DNA from: the human T2T-CHM13v2.0 reference genome, Homo sapiens
Length of the DNA: 64,000 nucleotides
Strand: one strand, 5' to 3'
Assembly: GCF_009914755.1 (NCBI RefSeq)
Contig: NC_060927.1
Shown here: in pieces, positions 28,261-43,140 of the stretch
How the letters are laid out: each line of letters opens with the position of its first letter
Position numbering within the stretch: position 1 is the stretch's first letter
Notes under the pieces: model-generated
What the model was told of the DNA's origin: nothing
Seen by the model: the letters and a program-made list of their open reading frames with translations, nothing else
The model's database searches: none
Translations under genes and position numbers: made by a program

Positions 28261-29375
28261 TAAAAATAATCTAATTAAATTCATAAGAAGGAAAGCAGCA
28301 GGAGATCCAAGGTCATTGGCAGCCTGAAGTTAATTTCTGAATCCACCTCCTTTGCCACACTACTGAGTTACAAAAATAACCATGATCCCCTGTTGGGGCT
28401 TCTATTCAATCCCAATGTGTTTGACATGTAGAACTCCCAGAAAGGAGGTTGAGGTGCAGGATGCCATTGTTTTCAATACCAGGAGGAGCACTGGGTGGTT
28501 CAAAGCACAAAGAACTTACTTTTGTTTTTGTGTCTTAGCCCATGCCAGTTTCTACCATTTCATTGATTACTACATATCCAGAAGGTGCTTATGGTTACCA
28601 CCGACAACATTTCTATAGTTCCAGAGCCACAAATAGGCAACGGAAAACCTGCTTCATTCTTCTAAGTTTTTCAATCTTTTCCTGCAGTTGTAGGCACATT
28701 GGAAATCACTTTACTGTTCACGCTCGATTCTGGGGCCTTGGGAAACTTCGTAAGGGGTGTAGGTTTCATTGTCTCAGAGATCTAGCACAGAATCATTTCT
28801 GCTGTTCCACTCCAGTGACACACTGGGAATAAAGGGAAGTTGGAATACTCATACCACCACAGAGTCAGCTTGAAGATTCCCTTGGGTACTCCAAGTCAAC
28901 CTGGTGTTCCTTCCATCTCTTACCATGGCCCCCTACTAGGAAGAGGGCTAAAAGAAACTGCAGTGCAATGGCCCTTCTCTGGGGCCCCACCACTAAACAA
29001 TCTTCACTTCATCTCTAACTCTCCTCCAATCCCAGCTTCCAGAATCCACATAATTGTATTGTGGAGACAGGAGTCTATGGAGGAAACGTTACCTGAAAAA
29101 ACAAGGATTCTTTCACCTGGTGAGTAACAAACAACTCTCCACAAGGAAGCACGTTTTGATCAATAAGAGTTGTATTATCGCAGGTAAGGAGAGCCCTGAA
29201 AGGATTCTTCACAGCAGTGTCTCCCTAAGGGAAAGTGACAGAAAGGTGCTATGGGGCAGATGGAGAGGGGAGAGGGCACAACACTGCATGTAGAGGAGGG
29301 GTCCCAGTGGTGCAGGCCCACTGAGTCATTATGCCAGCACATGGGTGGCATGAGATGGTAATGAAGCTATAGCTC

Positions 29376-29686
29376 GGCTGGGGCAGTGGCTCCTACGTGT
29401 AATCCCAACACTTTGAGAGGCCGCGGCAGGTGGATCACTTGAGGTCAGGAGTTCAAGACCAGCCTGGCCAACAGGATGAAACCCTGTCTCTACTAAACAC
29501 AGAAAAATTAGCCAAGCATGGTGGTGCACACCTGTAGTCCCAGCTCCTCGGGAGGCTGAGGCATGAGAATCACTTGAACCCAGGAGGCAAAGGTTGCCAT
29601 GAGCCGAGATCATGCCACAGCACTCCAGCCTGGGTGACAGAGTAAGACCCTATCTCGAAAAAAGAAAAAAAAAACAAAAAGAAGAA
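29376..29686 (+). mobile_element. AluS/J element
   Basis: Full-length Alu; TSD GAAGCTATAGCTC (29363-29375) / GAAGCTCTAGTTC (29687-29699). Confidence 0.95.
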
Positions 29687-29927
29687 GAAGCTCTAGTTCC
29701 TCCCAGGCTGGAGATTTTAGCATGGTGTTGAGGAAAGTTCACTCAGGTTCTTCTGTAAGATGCCATGGTCTGTCAAGAACTGCTTCCAACCAACTAGGTG
29801 ACCTCATTCCATATAGCATTTGGGAAAAAACAGGCTGCAAGGCAAGAGTCTGTAAAACAGGCTTATTGTTCAAATTTACTAAATTCCTATAGTCCTTGGA
29901 GACCCTCCCTGTATGTTTACATAAGGG

Positions 29928-30140
29928 AGAGGTTTTTACTGATAATTTAGGTTCTACATTTAGGGGCCAGAAAATTCTTTTTTGACTGGGAAGGGTGGCA
30001 GTCCTGTGCATCATAGCCATGCTTATTGGCAAGATGTCAGTAGAAGCTACTAGTTGTTATAACCAGAAATGCCTCCAGAGACCGGCAAGTATTTTAAGGA
30101 TGCAAAAGCACCCTCAGCTGAAGTAGAATTGTTACTGGTT
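29928..30140 (-). mobile_element. MER20-like hAT-Charlie MITE
   Basis: ACATTTAGGGGCCAGAAAATTCTTT...GTCCTGTGCATC...ATAACCAGAAATGCCTCCAGA resembles reverse-complement MER20. Confidence 0.65.
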
Positions 30141-30555
30141 TAAAATAGAAGACTACCACTTTAAATTGTTTTATGGAATTGCAAGTGTAAAGACAGAGAA
30201 AATGCTCAACACTGTGGTGCCACCACTGGAGCAGACCAAGAACTACCTGTCCCAGCCCGGCCCCAGCCCCAAGCAGGGTTCAGAGCTGCTGGGAGGCTAA
30301 AGTGACTGCTGTTGGCTCCACTGCCGCTGCCAGGGAGAGGTGAAGGTTTCCCATCAATTTCCAGCTAAAAATGACAAAAGCAGGCAGGCTTCGGGCTCTT
30401 GGATGCACTTCAGGCCAAGGCTAACACAAACAACGCAAAGAAAAGCAGAGAGGGCCACTGTGTGTATCGTGTAGTTTCCAGAATACAAAGCCCTTTATGA
30501 TTATAGGTTCTGTTCCTATAAGCTAGCTACTGTAGAATTACAAAGTATTTTCCAG

Positions 30556-30626
30556 TTTATTTATTTCTGAGACAGGGTCTCGCTCTGTCACCCAGGCTAG
30601 AGTGCAGTGGCACAATCATATCTCAT
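30556..30626 (-). mobile_element. Short Alu/FLAM 3' fragment
   Basis: TTTATTTATTTCTGAGACAGGGTCTCGCTCTGTCACCCAGGCTAGAGTGCAGTGGCACAATCATATCTCA. Confidence 0.9.
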
Positions 30627-31419
30627 AGTTTACTAAGAAGTAACCTGGGCAAATTAACCTCGTTGAGTACAAACAGAATGGTGGTTTTCATGTGGCTTAT
30701 GTTTCTTAGATCATGCTGTAAAGCCAAAATGTTTTGAATGTTACTCATTGACAGACAGCAATCATAGTCAAGAGTCTGTGTAATAACTTTGACCAGATTG
30801 CTGAAGCTACTGCCTAATAAATATATACTTTATTTATAAGTATTGCCATTTCCAAATTTTCTTAAGCAGTTCCATCCATAGGCTTAATAATATATACAAT
30901 AAAATTTTCCCCTTATGCCTTCTGTTTCCTCTGGGTCTAGGCTAAATCTTTGATTCTACTGTTTGTAGAACCTGCTTTGACCTTCTTTCTCTGTGTCACC
31001 CCTTCTCCTGGACAGCAAATGTAGAAATCATCAGCTGCTTCAACAGTGAGGATCGAGTGGGCCAAAAATTCTTAGGGTTATATACTACAATTTTTTTTCT
31101 AATATATAGTATTTTATAAACATCAAAAAGAAGTGTAGTTCTGCCAAGGGTCTGTAGGCAAAATATCATTCCACTATAAACAAGTAGACATGCTAGAAAC
31201 AAAACACAAAGCCACCTTTAATAGGAAAGTCTTGGTATCATGCAGTCTAGACAATAATTCTTAAATTAGCACCTAGTGGTATTAGAGAAAGAAAATAGAA
31301 GAGAGGTATAGAAAAATAGAAGAGATAACTTGAACAATGAGCTGAGTCAAATGTGCTGAACATATGATAATTTGGGATAACACAAATCTGATGTGTAACA
31401 AAATGTGTAAAAGTTGCAA

Positions 31420-32660
31420 AAGAATAGAACTCTTAATAAATGATGCTGGGACAATTGGCTACTAATATGGAAAATAGAAAAACTACTATAACCTACACAA
31501 ATATGAATTCTAGACAGATTAAAGGCCTAAATATTAAAAGAGAAGCTTTAAAACTTTCAAAAGAGAATATAAAAAAAATTTACAACAGGCAAAACAAACC
31601 AAAGATGAAAAAGATGAGAAATTTCACTACATTAAAATTAAAGATACCGTAAACAGAGATAAGATATATAAGCTACATCCTAGAGGAGATACTTTTAATG
31701 TAAATAACCCATAAACAGTTTATATCAAGAATAGTGAAAACAATAAAAAATGTGAATGACCCAAAAGAAAAATGAGCAAAGGATATTTCATGAAAAGGAA
31801 GAATCACCCAGCAACATATAAAAAGATGTATATTCTCAATAATATTCAAAAGATCCAAAATAAAAATTAGATGTCACTTTATGCCCAGATTGGTAAAAAT
31901 TAAAATGTCTGAGCATGCCACTTGTTAATGAGAATGTAGGAAAGAGGGAAATACTCCTGCTTTGTTAGTAATATTGTCAGCTGATGTGGCTAATTTAGAA
32001 AATAATTTATTAATACCAAGTGAATTGAAGATGCCTTTATAGTACCATCCAGGACGCTTGTAGGTTTAGGTCTTTCCCCTAGAGCCACTCTTGCAGGAGA
32101 GCTTGAGGCAGCACAAACAAGGCTGTTTATATTAGCACCCTTTGTAATACAATAGTTTATACAACCTGAAAGCCTACCAATAAGAGGTAAGTAAATATCC
32201 ATTAGTCACACAATTGAAAAATATGCAGAAATTGAGTGAACAAGATGAATTAAAATGGATAAATCACAAAACCATAATGAGAAGGGGAAATGTAACTTTT
32301 TAAAATGTGTTCAATATAATCCTAGTTTTGTAAATTTTTTTTAAAATGCACCAAAAATGCACATATAATCAGTATATGCTTATGGACATGTAGACATATA
32401 CTAATGTTGCCAAAATATATACGGAACTTCTACACACCAAGAACCAGATACTAAGATTTCTGCCAACCCTTGTTCCCTAACAGGTCCATTCAGAGAAGAA
32501 TCAGGGGGAGAGACTTCGGGAGGAAAGTTATGGGCCTGAGGTTTTAATGAATCTATAAGGCTTTATTTCTTTTTAAGCACAAAGTGATCTGAAGCAAATA
32601 CAGAAAAATGTGAACATACTTAATATCTTGACAGTGAATAAATGGACTTATATTTTAATT
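31420..32660 (+). mobile_element. Ancient L1ME ORF2 end and 3'UTR
   Basis: AATAAATGATGCTGGGACAATTGG...ATGAATTCTAGACAGATTAAAGGCCTAAAT...GATTGGTAAAAATTAAAATGTCTGA. Confidence 0.75.
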
Positions 32661-33864
32661 GAATAAAACTTTAATAGCACTTACTATATGCCAGGCACTT
32701 TACTGGGCACTTAACATAAATTAATAATCTTCATTATGTTTCTCTCCATGATGAAATATTTCACACATAAACATTCCTGTTGAATTAAATAAAAAAATCT
32801 AGAGGGAGATACCAAGCATGATTTTATAAAATGGGCAGGAATTTGAGAATAAGTAGATTATAATTTTTATTTTCAACACTGCTATTATTTTTAAGTGTTA
32901 AAGTTAGCTTACATTTCTTTGTAGTTTAAAAACATTTTAAACAGTAACGTAAATATAATTATGATAAGTATCATTGAGTGTTTGAGCATCCAAATTAAGA
33001 CAAGGAGCACATTCTGTAAGAAAATCGTAAAATAAAGCAGACATGGCCAGACCCTATTGTCTGAAAGAAATTAGAGGACTGCAAGATTAGTATTAAAAAG
33101 GAGATAGATGTTGTGGTATCGCAGGTAGATGTGTAATATGCACATAGGTGTACATTTCATAAAAGGCTGACTAGTCATTTGTGTTGTACTGATGGTCAAA
33201 AAGAAAGAAGAATCATTAAGTAGAATGTCTGTTGGACAAGAAACGACGTTTAGAAATTTCTAGAAGTCAAGGAGGATAGAAGTAAGTTAATGGAGCAATC
33301 TTTTATATCTTGCCAAGCAACTCAAAATAGGTCTGGTGAGACTGCAGCATGGGACTCCAGCCGCACTGGAAACCTAGATTGTCTTGCCCTCCAGAAGTCC
33401 TCCTAAATGACGTATTCATCAGGGAAAAGAGTTGACAAAATCTTTCATTCCCAGCCCTGTGGTAATGATGCTTGGACTCCCACTGAGCCAATATGAAGTG
33501 AAAACTTTGAGAAGAAAAGCTGTTAGCATCAATTAAGCGATAAAACAGTCAAACTTACTGATAATGTGTGTGAGCATGTCTAACACATTCCATCTTAACG
33601 AGGTGATCTCGGTTAATGCATTAATTACTCCTTTTAGCTCCTGTGTTGCAGTGATAACAATATCTCCCATAGAAATGCTTCTTCTTAGTCCATGTGGGGT
33701 ATTTCTCTGATAGAAGCAGAAATAATAACAGCAGTCTTCTTAGACTATCAAGAGATATACAACACTATTTAAGCAATTTGAATTCAAGGGATATTTTCCA
33801 AAGTCTCTACCAATTTGGATTAGTTACTGAAAATGAATTTTGGGATTGGTTGTCAGCCTCTCTC

Positions 33865-34940
33865 ACATATGCTGTCCAGTATTCGTGACCCCCTCCTCGC
33901 TGTTAACAGAACCCATTTTTGTTTAGGTATTTCTCTTACCCACTTAACCTATGTGCTTCAGAAAAACTACTACCTGCTATAACCCTATCCTCATCCACCA
34001 CACTCCTGAGCTCCCTGTGCAGACCTGTGTGGTCTAAGGTGGTGCCAATTGTTTGTATGTAGGCACTTAGCCCCAAAGTCTTTTTTCTATGTGCTCCAGC
34101 AGGGGAATGGTAGCCTACAAATGACATTTCTTGGAGCATTTTGCCAGCTGGGTATTGCCAATAAGAAGCATTGGATGGGAAATAAGAAGGGGTAGGGAGG
34201 GAAAAGCTATTGTCTTCCTGCTTCCAGTTCTGGCAAATGATTCAGTAGCTGAAAGAACCTGTAGATGACTATAGATTCTAGCACACAAAGTGGGACAGAG
34301 GCCTTTTGCTTTCTTACCTAGTGACAGAGCAGGAGTTTCATCAGAAGCAGCACCAATTCCTACACCAGGCATTGTACCACCTGCCCTCTTTCTTTCTTTG
34401 CAAGGATAGGGGCAATAGTGGCTTATGGCAGTTACTGGCCTCTGGCTAATTTGTCTGACTCCTTGATCATTCCACTCTTGTAATAATTTTGTTACCGAAT
34501 CTCTGTATTTCTTTTTCTTTCCAGGGAACTGACTGATTCTAAAATTAATCTCATCCTACTACCAGTGATAGCTTCAAGCATAGGTATATTGTATGATTTG
34601 AGCCAACGAGAATGCAGGAAACATTTGCTGGTAAAGTCTGGGATTATTTTGCTTTTATTTTCTGGGACAGTTTACAGTAGCTTCTCTCTTTCTCTCTTAA
34701 CAATCTCCCGTGTTCAGTTCCTACAGCTATTTTAATCACCCTCCCGGAGATTTCAATCCCAACAGAGGACAGCAGGGTCAAAAGACCGCTAGAAAAATAT
34801 ACTTGGGCAAGTATATTTTGTCACCCCGATACACACCCTACTTCTGGACTCCCAGTAATGGGAAGCCATAAATGTCTTTATTTTTAAGTCCCTGCGGGAA
34901 GGGATTTCTATTATTTTCTGATTGCTGACACAACCATAAT
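33865..34940. mobile_element. Nested ancient ERVL LTR remnants (LTR16/LTR33-like)
   Basis: LTR-like motifs AACAGAACCCATTTTTGTTTAGG, CTGGGTATTGCCAATAAGAAGCA, CTTCTGGACTCCCAGTAATGGGAAGCCATAAATGTC. Family assignment tentative. Confidence 0.5.
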
Positions 34941-36157
34941 CTATGAAATGGAATGTCTAGGAAGAAATTCCTGAATCTAGATAACTCAGCAGATTGACAT
35001 GCTGGGCAGCACTACAAGACTGTGGCAAGGACACAGAATGTCTGAGTGCTCCCTCTAGGGTATTTAGACCCCATAATGACTTTGGGGGTTTCTTCCGTAG
35101 TTCCCTTAAATTCCAGTGGTCTTTCATAGAAAATATACATTAAAAGAACATAATTGGCTATGCTTGCATATTCAGGACGTACGACACAAGATAGGCCATC
35201 TTTAAGGTAAAAAAAAAAATGCTGTAGAATTTCAGACTCAGTGGCTCAGAAAAAGTCTCAGACATTTAATAGTCAGAACACCTGAGAAATTTGGGGACAA
35301 TTTTTTTTTCTTGTTTTGTTCTGGGCGACCTAAATTTTTCTTTTTTTTTTTTCAAATCTGAAATACTTATCCCATTAATTACTAGAATTTTTTTCCAGGC
35401 ATCCTTCAAAGTCCAAGGTCACTCTTCTAGTCTGTTTCTTTCTCTGAAGCATCTCTTTCATCCTATGAATCAATAATACTTTTGATTTCACTCTGTAAGT
35501 CTCCTTCCATTAGGCTTTTCAGTCAACTTCATTTCAGGCTGGAACTGGTCCCCTTCCTAACTCATCTCTGGCTTGACAATTATCTTTCTACCAGCACAAC
35601 TTAGGCCATATATTCATCCTATATCCCACTGCCTTTGCATAGAAGGCCAAACTCATTCATAATTAGACTCCAACTTGCCTTTCTACTCTTATCTCTTCCT
35701 TTCCTTGACTTCCCTGGTTATAATCCTGGTACGCTATATTTAACTGGAGGAATATTCACTTTTCCTCAAACAGCATATTTACATCCATATCTATGAGCCT
35801 TGTTCAATATTGTTCTGTTTTCCTGGAAATCTCACTCTATTTACACTTGATGGAATATCAGTCATTTATATATTCAGAATACATGTATTGAAAACCTATG
35901 TGCTGAACACAGTCCAAGGCACTGGGCATTCAAAATGATACCTGCCTTGGGCATTCATGCATAACTCCATGGGGAATATATAAATGTGTACAAATAAAAT
36001 ATAGTGTCCTAAGTACTATCATAAAGTCGTTTGAATCATACATGATTTGAACACATCTTGCATAGTATTATCTGTCTATCTACACTACAAAGTTTGCAAG
36101 GGTAAAGAGTGTATTATATTCATTTTGCATTACCTATCCTTAACCTGGAGCCCATTA

Positions 36158-36260
36158 GGAAGGAAGGAAGGAAGGAAGGAAGGAAGGAAGGAAGGAAGGA
36201 AGGAAGGAAGGAAGGAAGGAGAGAAAGAAAGAGAAAGAGAAAAAAGAGAGAAAGAAAAGC
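36158..36260. repeat. (GGAA)15 microsatellite with GA-rich tail
   Basis: Perfect GGAA run at 36158-36217. Confidence 0.98.
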
Positions 36261-37864
36261 AAAGAACACAGAGCAAGCCTCTTTAAACTGGTCTAGCTAC
36301 ACTGTTATATGTCGGAACTATTGACATTTTACTTCAGCACAAGAGGTCTCTTCCCTTTCATCAACTCTTACAGTAGAAAATGACTCTGACTTCTGGGACT
36401 GCTTGCAGGCGAGAATGTTAACAGACCTTTCGGTAGCTACAGTTTTCTTGTTGCCCATTGATGGATCAAGAGCTAATTCTCAAACTATTTTCAAGCCAAC
36501 CTGGTAAGTACATAATATTTATTCAAGCGACACTAAGCCATTTGGCATGATTTCAACAGGAAAGAAAGGGCACTTTGAGAAAGGGCTTGTGGTATAAATA
36601 TGGTTGGCTCATAACTGTATGGGTGATGCCTCTGTTCATCTCCTGATAGGAAGGCTACGAAATAGTTCTTTATAACTAGCTCTGTTTAATATTTTGCTTA
36701 TTCTTTCTGCCATCCTCACTTCAGATCTGAATGACAGTATAATCAGACAGAACTAAAGCATAATCCCAGCAGAGAAGAGAAAGAGGCGATTAGGCCCTAC
36801 TGATAAAGCAAATGAATTCTAGTTCATCCGAGGGAAAAAAAAATGTTCAGGCTACAAGACAATGACCACTTTTTTCCCAAGCAGTGGGAGATTTATCAGT
36901 GACAAGTGTTTGCTTAGGTTTATTTTCTGAATCCATTTTCTTGCATTTATAGAGGAGAAATGCTGAAAAATGGAATTCTTATGTTCCATTCATAATGGCT
37001 TTCAAGGATGATCTTGCATCTTTTAAAATCCATTCCTCTGATTGGTGGAAGACTTTCACCTCCTTAGACATCCATCTAAGACAGCACTTCCTTTTTTCAT
37101 GTTTTAGAAAGACAGAAACGGTTTAAAGGGGCTTGTGATTTGTTTGGAAAGAGGGTAAACACTTTACTGTGTTTGTGTATGGGTCACATCATACTGATTC
37201 CACTTGGGCGGGTAGCCAGGGAGAGAGCCCTTGTGCAAAATGGACATTGCTTTGAAATTCAGATAGTAAGAGCGGGAGACTGGAAGTGGGAAGTGACATG
37301 ACTGAGCCCCACAAAAAGGGAAAAGGACACAAAGAACTTGGAAGAAAGTAGTGTGAGGAGAGACAGGGAGGGTCTTTTTGCATGTTTACTCCAGTCCTAT
37401 AGTAAAAGCCCATAAACATTTATGACAAGCCAGAATAAATGAGTAACTGCTTATGGCTTTCAAACCAGAACCAGCCGCATCACAATAAACACTACATCAT
37501 TGGAGAGATACCTAAACATGGATAAGATTCTAACTTTTAAATTTTTTTATTTTATTTTTTGACCTCATTCTATTTATAAATATTTTGGGGTATATTTCTG
37601 AAAGAGAAGGATTTTTTGAAAACACAGCCATAATAGTGTTATCGAACACAAATGAAATGACACTTCATCAACAATATTTCAAATAGCTAGTCAGTATTAA
37701 AATATTCCCAATTGTCTAATGAACTTTAAAAATGTGTTTGAATTGGGATCCAAAAATTATCCCATATGACAGGTTTCTAAGTCTTTGCCATGCATTTTAA
37801 TCTATAGGTTACTTTTCCAACTGTTTCTGCTTCCCTGTGAAAGATCCTTATTACTGGTTCTAAA

Positions 37865-38290
37865 ATAAAGCAGAGTTCCTGGCACATAGTGAGGATTAGT
37901 AAATATTTATAGAATAAAGGACAGAGAAAGAATATCTTCCACTGCCCTGCTTGTGGTTGGAACAGTCATTTCTAGAACGATCACCTTTTTGTCTTTCCCT
38001 TTCACCTACCTGTAGCCTCTCATTGGGTTCCTTCACTGTTCTACAACCTTTAAAAATGAAGCAGGCCCATTCACGCGTGCTCACCAACCTGTGGCACGTG
38101 AAGCCGTTCTCTGTGCTCCCTTCAAGCCTCTCAACCTCTCATAATTCACTGAATAAATCACTTTGTGTTTTCCTTCCCAAATGAGGATATTGTACACAAC
38201 TTGAAGGCAGTAACCATTCTTAATTGATCTCCTATCTCCAGCTCCTAAAACACTTTCCATCACAGAGTATACTCTCAATGAATGTTTTCT
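37865..38290. mobile_element. L2 fragments
   Basis: CAGAGTTCCTGGCACATAGTGAGG...AGTAAATATTT; ACTCTCAATGAATGTTT. Confidence 0.6.
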
Positions 38291-39546
38291 GTTGTTGATA
38301 AAAATTAAAATGAATGTCAGTTCTCATTTACAGACTTAAGGATTAAAGAGAAAGGCCATAGAAATGATCAAAGCTAGCATTCTTTCCCCCTCATGTGTAG
38401 ATTCTAGTTTTCCACAGGCTCCTATACAATCACCGGTTAAGCATTGCTCTTTGAATCACGGTGTGCTTTTAGATAAGAATGGATATGGTTCCTTTTGGAT
38501 CTGTGCGCATGCAGCAGTTTTCTAGTGCATTTTAATTAACTCCAGTTTTGTTTTTGCACAAACAATAGTAGTATGAAAGGCAAAAGAAAATATGTTCCTA
38601 GAGTGGTCATCAGTACTGGTGCCTCAGAGGAAAGAGCTGAGCTACAAGTGGCAATTCTAAATTGGAGCTTGCTACAGGACAGTGCAGGGGTAAAAATACA
38701 TTTGCACTCTGAGAAGAAAGACTACAATTCCATTTCTGATCAATAGTGAAGCACCCTGCCAAAGCATGGCTAAAGAGTCAAGTTACTGTTTTTAAACATG
38801 TTTTCTCTCTCCAGTCATTGCTCTCAGTGAGAACCTCGTAGTAGTGGTACAAAATGGGGCATATTTTAAAGTGACAGGGCACTCCTCCAGTGGCCTCCCA
38901 TACTCCAGCTGCAAGCTTCTGTTCCACTAAAGTAGGATAAATTTTTAAACTCCAAGTAGCACTTTAGCTTTCTCAACTGAGGGTCTGAGATATGTACTTA
39001 TATTCCAAGTAATACAGAGATTTCTGAAAAATTAAAGCTTCAAGCCATGACTTTTATTTATTGTCAGTTGGCTGGAGGGTAAAAATAGAGATAGACTAAC
39101 CTGCCAGTGACAAAAATGGGGAGGTGGTGCGTATTCTAGGAAGTGCACAGCAAAAAAATAGGCACCAGAGCTGCTTAGAGATGGCTGGCAAAAAATGATT
39201 TGGGATTAAGCCTAGGAAAGTAAATACTAATGGACTTGAACAAGAGATCTGGAAAAAAACAAGTATTTCGTGGTAGAAGGGTAATTGAAAAGGGGATGAA
39301 CTAAAAACCCCTTTGGATACTAATGGAACTATGTATCCTTTGTTGGTCTTTCTTTTGTTTTTCCTCCCAAATACCTAACTTTGTCTCTTGTTCCTCATTT
39401 CCAGAATTAAATTTTAGCCCAAGATGTCAATATATGCATAACCATATCAAATATGTGAGTATTAACTCATTATCTACCAGCTCCTCAAACATTTATAATA
39501 CAAAACACAAAATAAATAGGATTCAATTCTTGTTGATTCAACCTAG

Positions 39547-40107
<561 letters not shown>

Positions 40108-40257
40108 TTGTCTAATTTATATGACATTGGTATAATTTCCCCAGAATTCGAATGCAACTTTTAAAGTAAAACCTCTGGAAAATAAATCATGCATCATTGG
40201 TCATTTACAACCCATTTTAAAGCAATTCAATAGCATCTAGAGCAAAGGTTACAGAAG

Positions 40258-40676
40258 ATGCTGTCAGGGTGTCTCCCATTTCCTACACCACTGAATGTTT
40301 CCCATCTCTTTCTGCATGAGGACACAATCTGTCCAGAAAGCTCATGTGTACTCTTCAAGATAGGATAGAAGTGCCAGGAAATGAATGTCCCCAGGAGCAA
40401 CCATTAACGAGTAATATGTGGGAAGATGTGGATAAACACTTGAGCTTGCTTGCCCTCAGTGAGCAGTGCTGTAGTATGTGCTACAGTTTATCAGTGTGTC
40501 CTCTGTGTGATTGAGTTTGGAATTACAACCTCAACGTGTCTTAACTGCCTTTCCCTCCTACCATATCCCTCTTTCCCACTCCCCCACTGTACTCTCTGAA
40601 GTTACTTCCCAAATAAACTATCAGAATTCAAGTTCTTGTCTCAAGATATGCTTTAAGGGGACCTCAAACATTGACA
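40258..40676 (+). mobile_element. LTR16-like (ERVL) solo LTR
   Basis: Ends ...CTTCCCAAATAAACTA...TCTTGTCTCAAGATATGCTTTAAGGGGACCTCAAACATTGACA. Confidence 0.7.
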
Positions 40677-42599
40677 ATGATGCACAACTGTTTTAATTAA
40701 TTCCCATGAGAAATGGCAATTGACTATGGTTAAAATAGTGCTTTCTTGGCGCCATTTATTCACATACAATGTCAATTTTTCCATACCAGCATTAGCTTCT
40801 GACTATGATTTAGCTCATAACTTTTCTAAGTCACTTTAAAATGGATTGACTTTACTCTCAAATATGGTAAAATTATACCTGAAATCACATTGATAGCCAT
40901 ACACTTTTCCTAATATATAAAGTTATATTTTTAATGTTTGCTTATGTGTTACATGAAATGTTATATTTCATGTTTTGCAAAACACTGAGCTATATAGTGT
41001 AGATAAGACACATGCATGCTTTCTCTGTCACCAGCCCATGACCCCACAGTTAAGGATTGTTAAGGTAAAAATCTATCAAATTTTTTACTAGACACTGCCC
41101 TTGGGGTGTTGGAGAATTGCACTTTTCTTGTTAGATGACTTTTGTCTGGATTGACAATGTCCATTTTGAGTTATGAGTTTCTACCCAGCAGGAACCCTAC
41201 CTGGCAGGTTTCTTTCATATTAGCATCCAGTACAATGGCACCAAAAGTGAGAAATAGATGGGGGTGGTAATAGTAGTAACTGGCACTCATTTTATGTCTA
41301 TGAAAATTCGTTAAGAATATATAAGATGCAAACAGAAAGAATGCAATACTTTGGGTTCATAGTCAAAGGACTAGTTATCTTCTGCCGATTTGTAGCAAAA
41401 CTTTGTGTTTTGGGAGGGGGTGTTTTGTATTTGAAAAGACACTATTCCTCAAAATACAACTCAGGACCGAAAGCTTATAAAAGCACTTTATAAAGGGGAA
41501 TTAATATTTGGTTTTTGGTGGTTTTTTTTCCTAAAAAGGTACTCCAATTTTTTTCTAAGTGACAAACTTTGTTTCTCAGGAATTTTATTGTTATTACTAA
41601 TTTGTGAACCACATGTTGCTTGTTACCAACAAATCTAATTTATCTAATTCATGAAAAACTATGGCTAAATTTCTGGAGATGTGTGTTGGGGAGGGAGGAA
41701 AGGAGAGGCTGAGATCTAGCAAAATGCTGAGACAACATCCATTGAAGTCATTGTGCATGCAGATCTAGAAAGATAAGCACAGACAGGATATGAAATTGTG
41801 TAGACTATGAACATCTCTGGTTGATTAAATGGAATGGAAATACATTTTCTCTTTCATATTGGAAGAGGCTTAACATTAAAAAACTAATCTCTTTTGAGAT
41901 AAAGTTCATTAACACAATGATTATTCATTTGGCTTTTATAATGATATTGCTGCTTAATCACCAGAACATTGCTTCCTGTGCTCGGTGGGAACCAGCAGGA
42001 AACATTTGAAGAGCAAGTCTTGCTGCTAATGTGATGGGAGAGGGAATAGTATTCTCACTGCTCTTCATTTCAAAAGTACAGCACATTCTTGCTCAGAAGT
42101 CTAAAACCTCTTGTCCGATAGCATGAGCTTTAAGCCCCACAACAAACACAGAATAAAGTTATATAACCCTGAAAGCTAAATCTTTGCCTCAGGTCTGGTG
42201 TTTCTCTCTGGATTACACATAAAGGTTCTCAAGGGGGGCATTTTCATTACGAACCAAGATTTGAAGTGTTTGATCTTGGTAGTTGCAGATACCACAGCAC
42301 TGAATTCGATAGCTCATTTGACTGTTTAGCTCAGTAAACAAAGACATGAACGAATCGAACCAAACTATAAATCTTTAAAACTATATCCTCCTTGATGCAA
42401 GTTGAACCCACAGTGCCTCCCTAAAACTAAATAGTCTATCTGCAATGGAATCAGAATGAAAATGTAATCATAAGATGTCATATAGACAACTATTAATTTT
42501 CATTCACCAAAGATTCTTTTGAATGTAAGAATTGATAAACTTTCTGTAGGGAGTTAAATTATTAATACGGCACAATATGCAAAATTATCTACCAGTATG

Positions 42600-43140
42600 T
42601 ATTGCACAGTGTAGCCACAGTAGTCAAAGCTGTAAGTTCCAAAAAATAGAAACCAACTTTGGATGATTTAAGCAGACATCAAATGGATTCAAAGGATGTT
42701 AGGTTAATTCACAAAATTATCCAGTAACTCAACTTCAAAAGCTGGGCAGGAACAAAGAATGTTTGTAGTGGTTAGGACTGACATCAGTGGTTTCAAACAT
42801 AAAATCATTTAAACAAAGACAGTATTTTCATTGAACATTAAACTTCCCAGCCCACAATGCACATTCATCTACAACCAACCTAGAAATGTAACGTGACTGC
42901 CACTAAGGCTGCCACCAGTCAGAAAAATGGTTTTTCTAATGCCTCTGTGTCTTCAAGATCTGGAGAGTACAATTCTGGAGTAGGTACACATTCCTGGCCA
43001 GGTAATGCAACATGCTCAGGCAGGCCCTTGCAGCAAAGAGACCAAATGATCACTGGCTTGATTCACCAGGACTCCCAGGATTTGATGAATTTCTCCAAGA
43101 TAAAGAGTTCAGATGCTGGTCAGCCAAAAAATGACATATT
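42600..43140 (-). mobile_element. Ancient MLT1 (MaLR) LTR remnant
   Basis: AAAATAGAAACCAACTTTGGATGATTTAAGCAG...AGATGCTGGTCAGCCAAAAA. Confidence 0.55.

Noticed and set aside
36047-36324. GRKE-repeat ORFs
   Set aside because: Translations of the (GGAA)n microsatellite.
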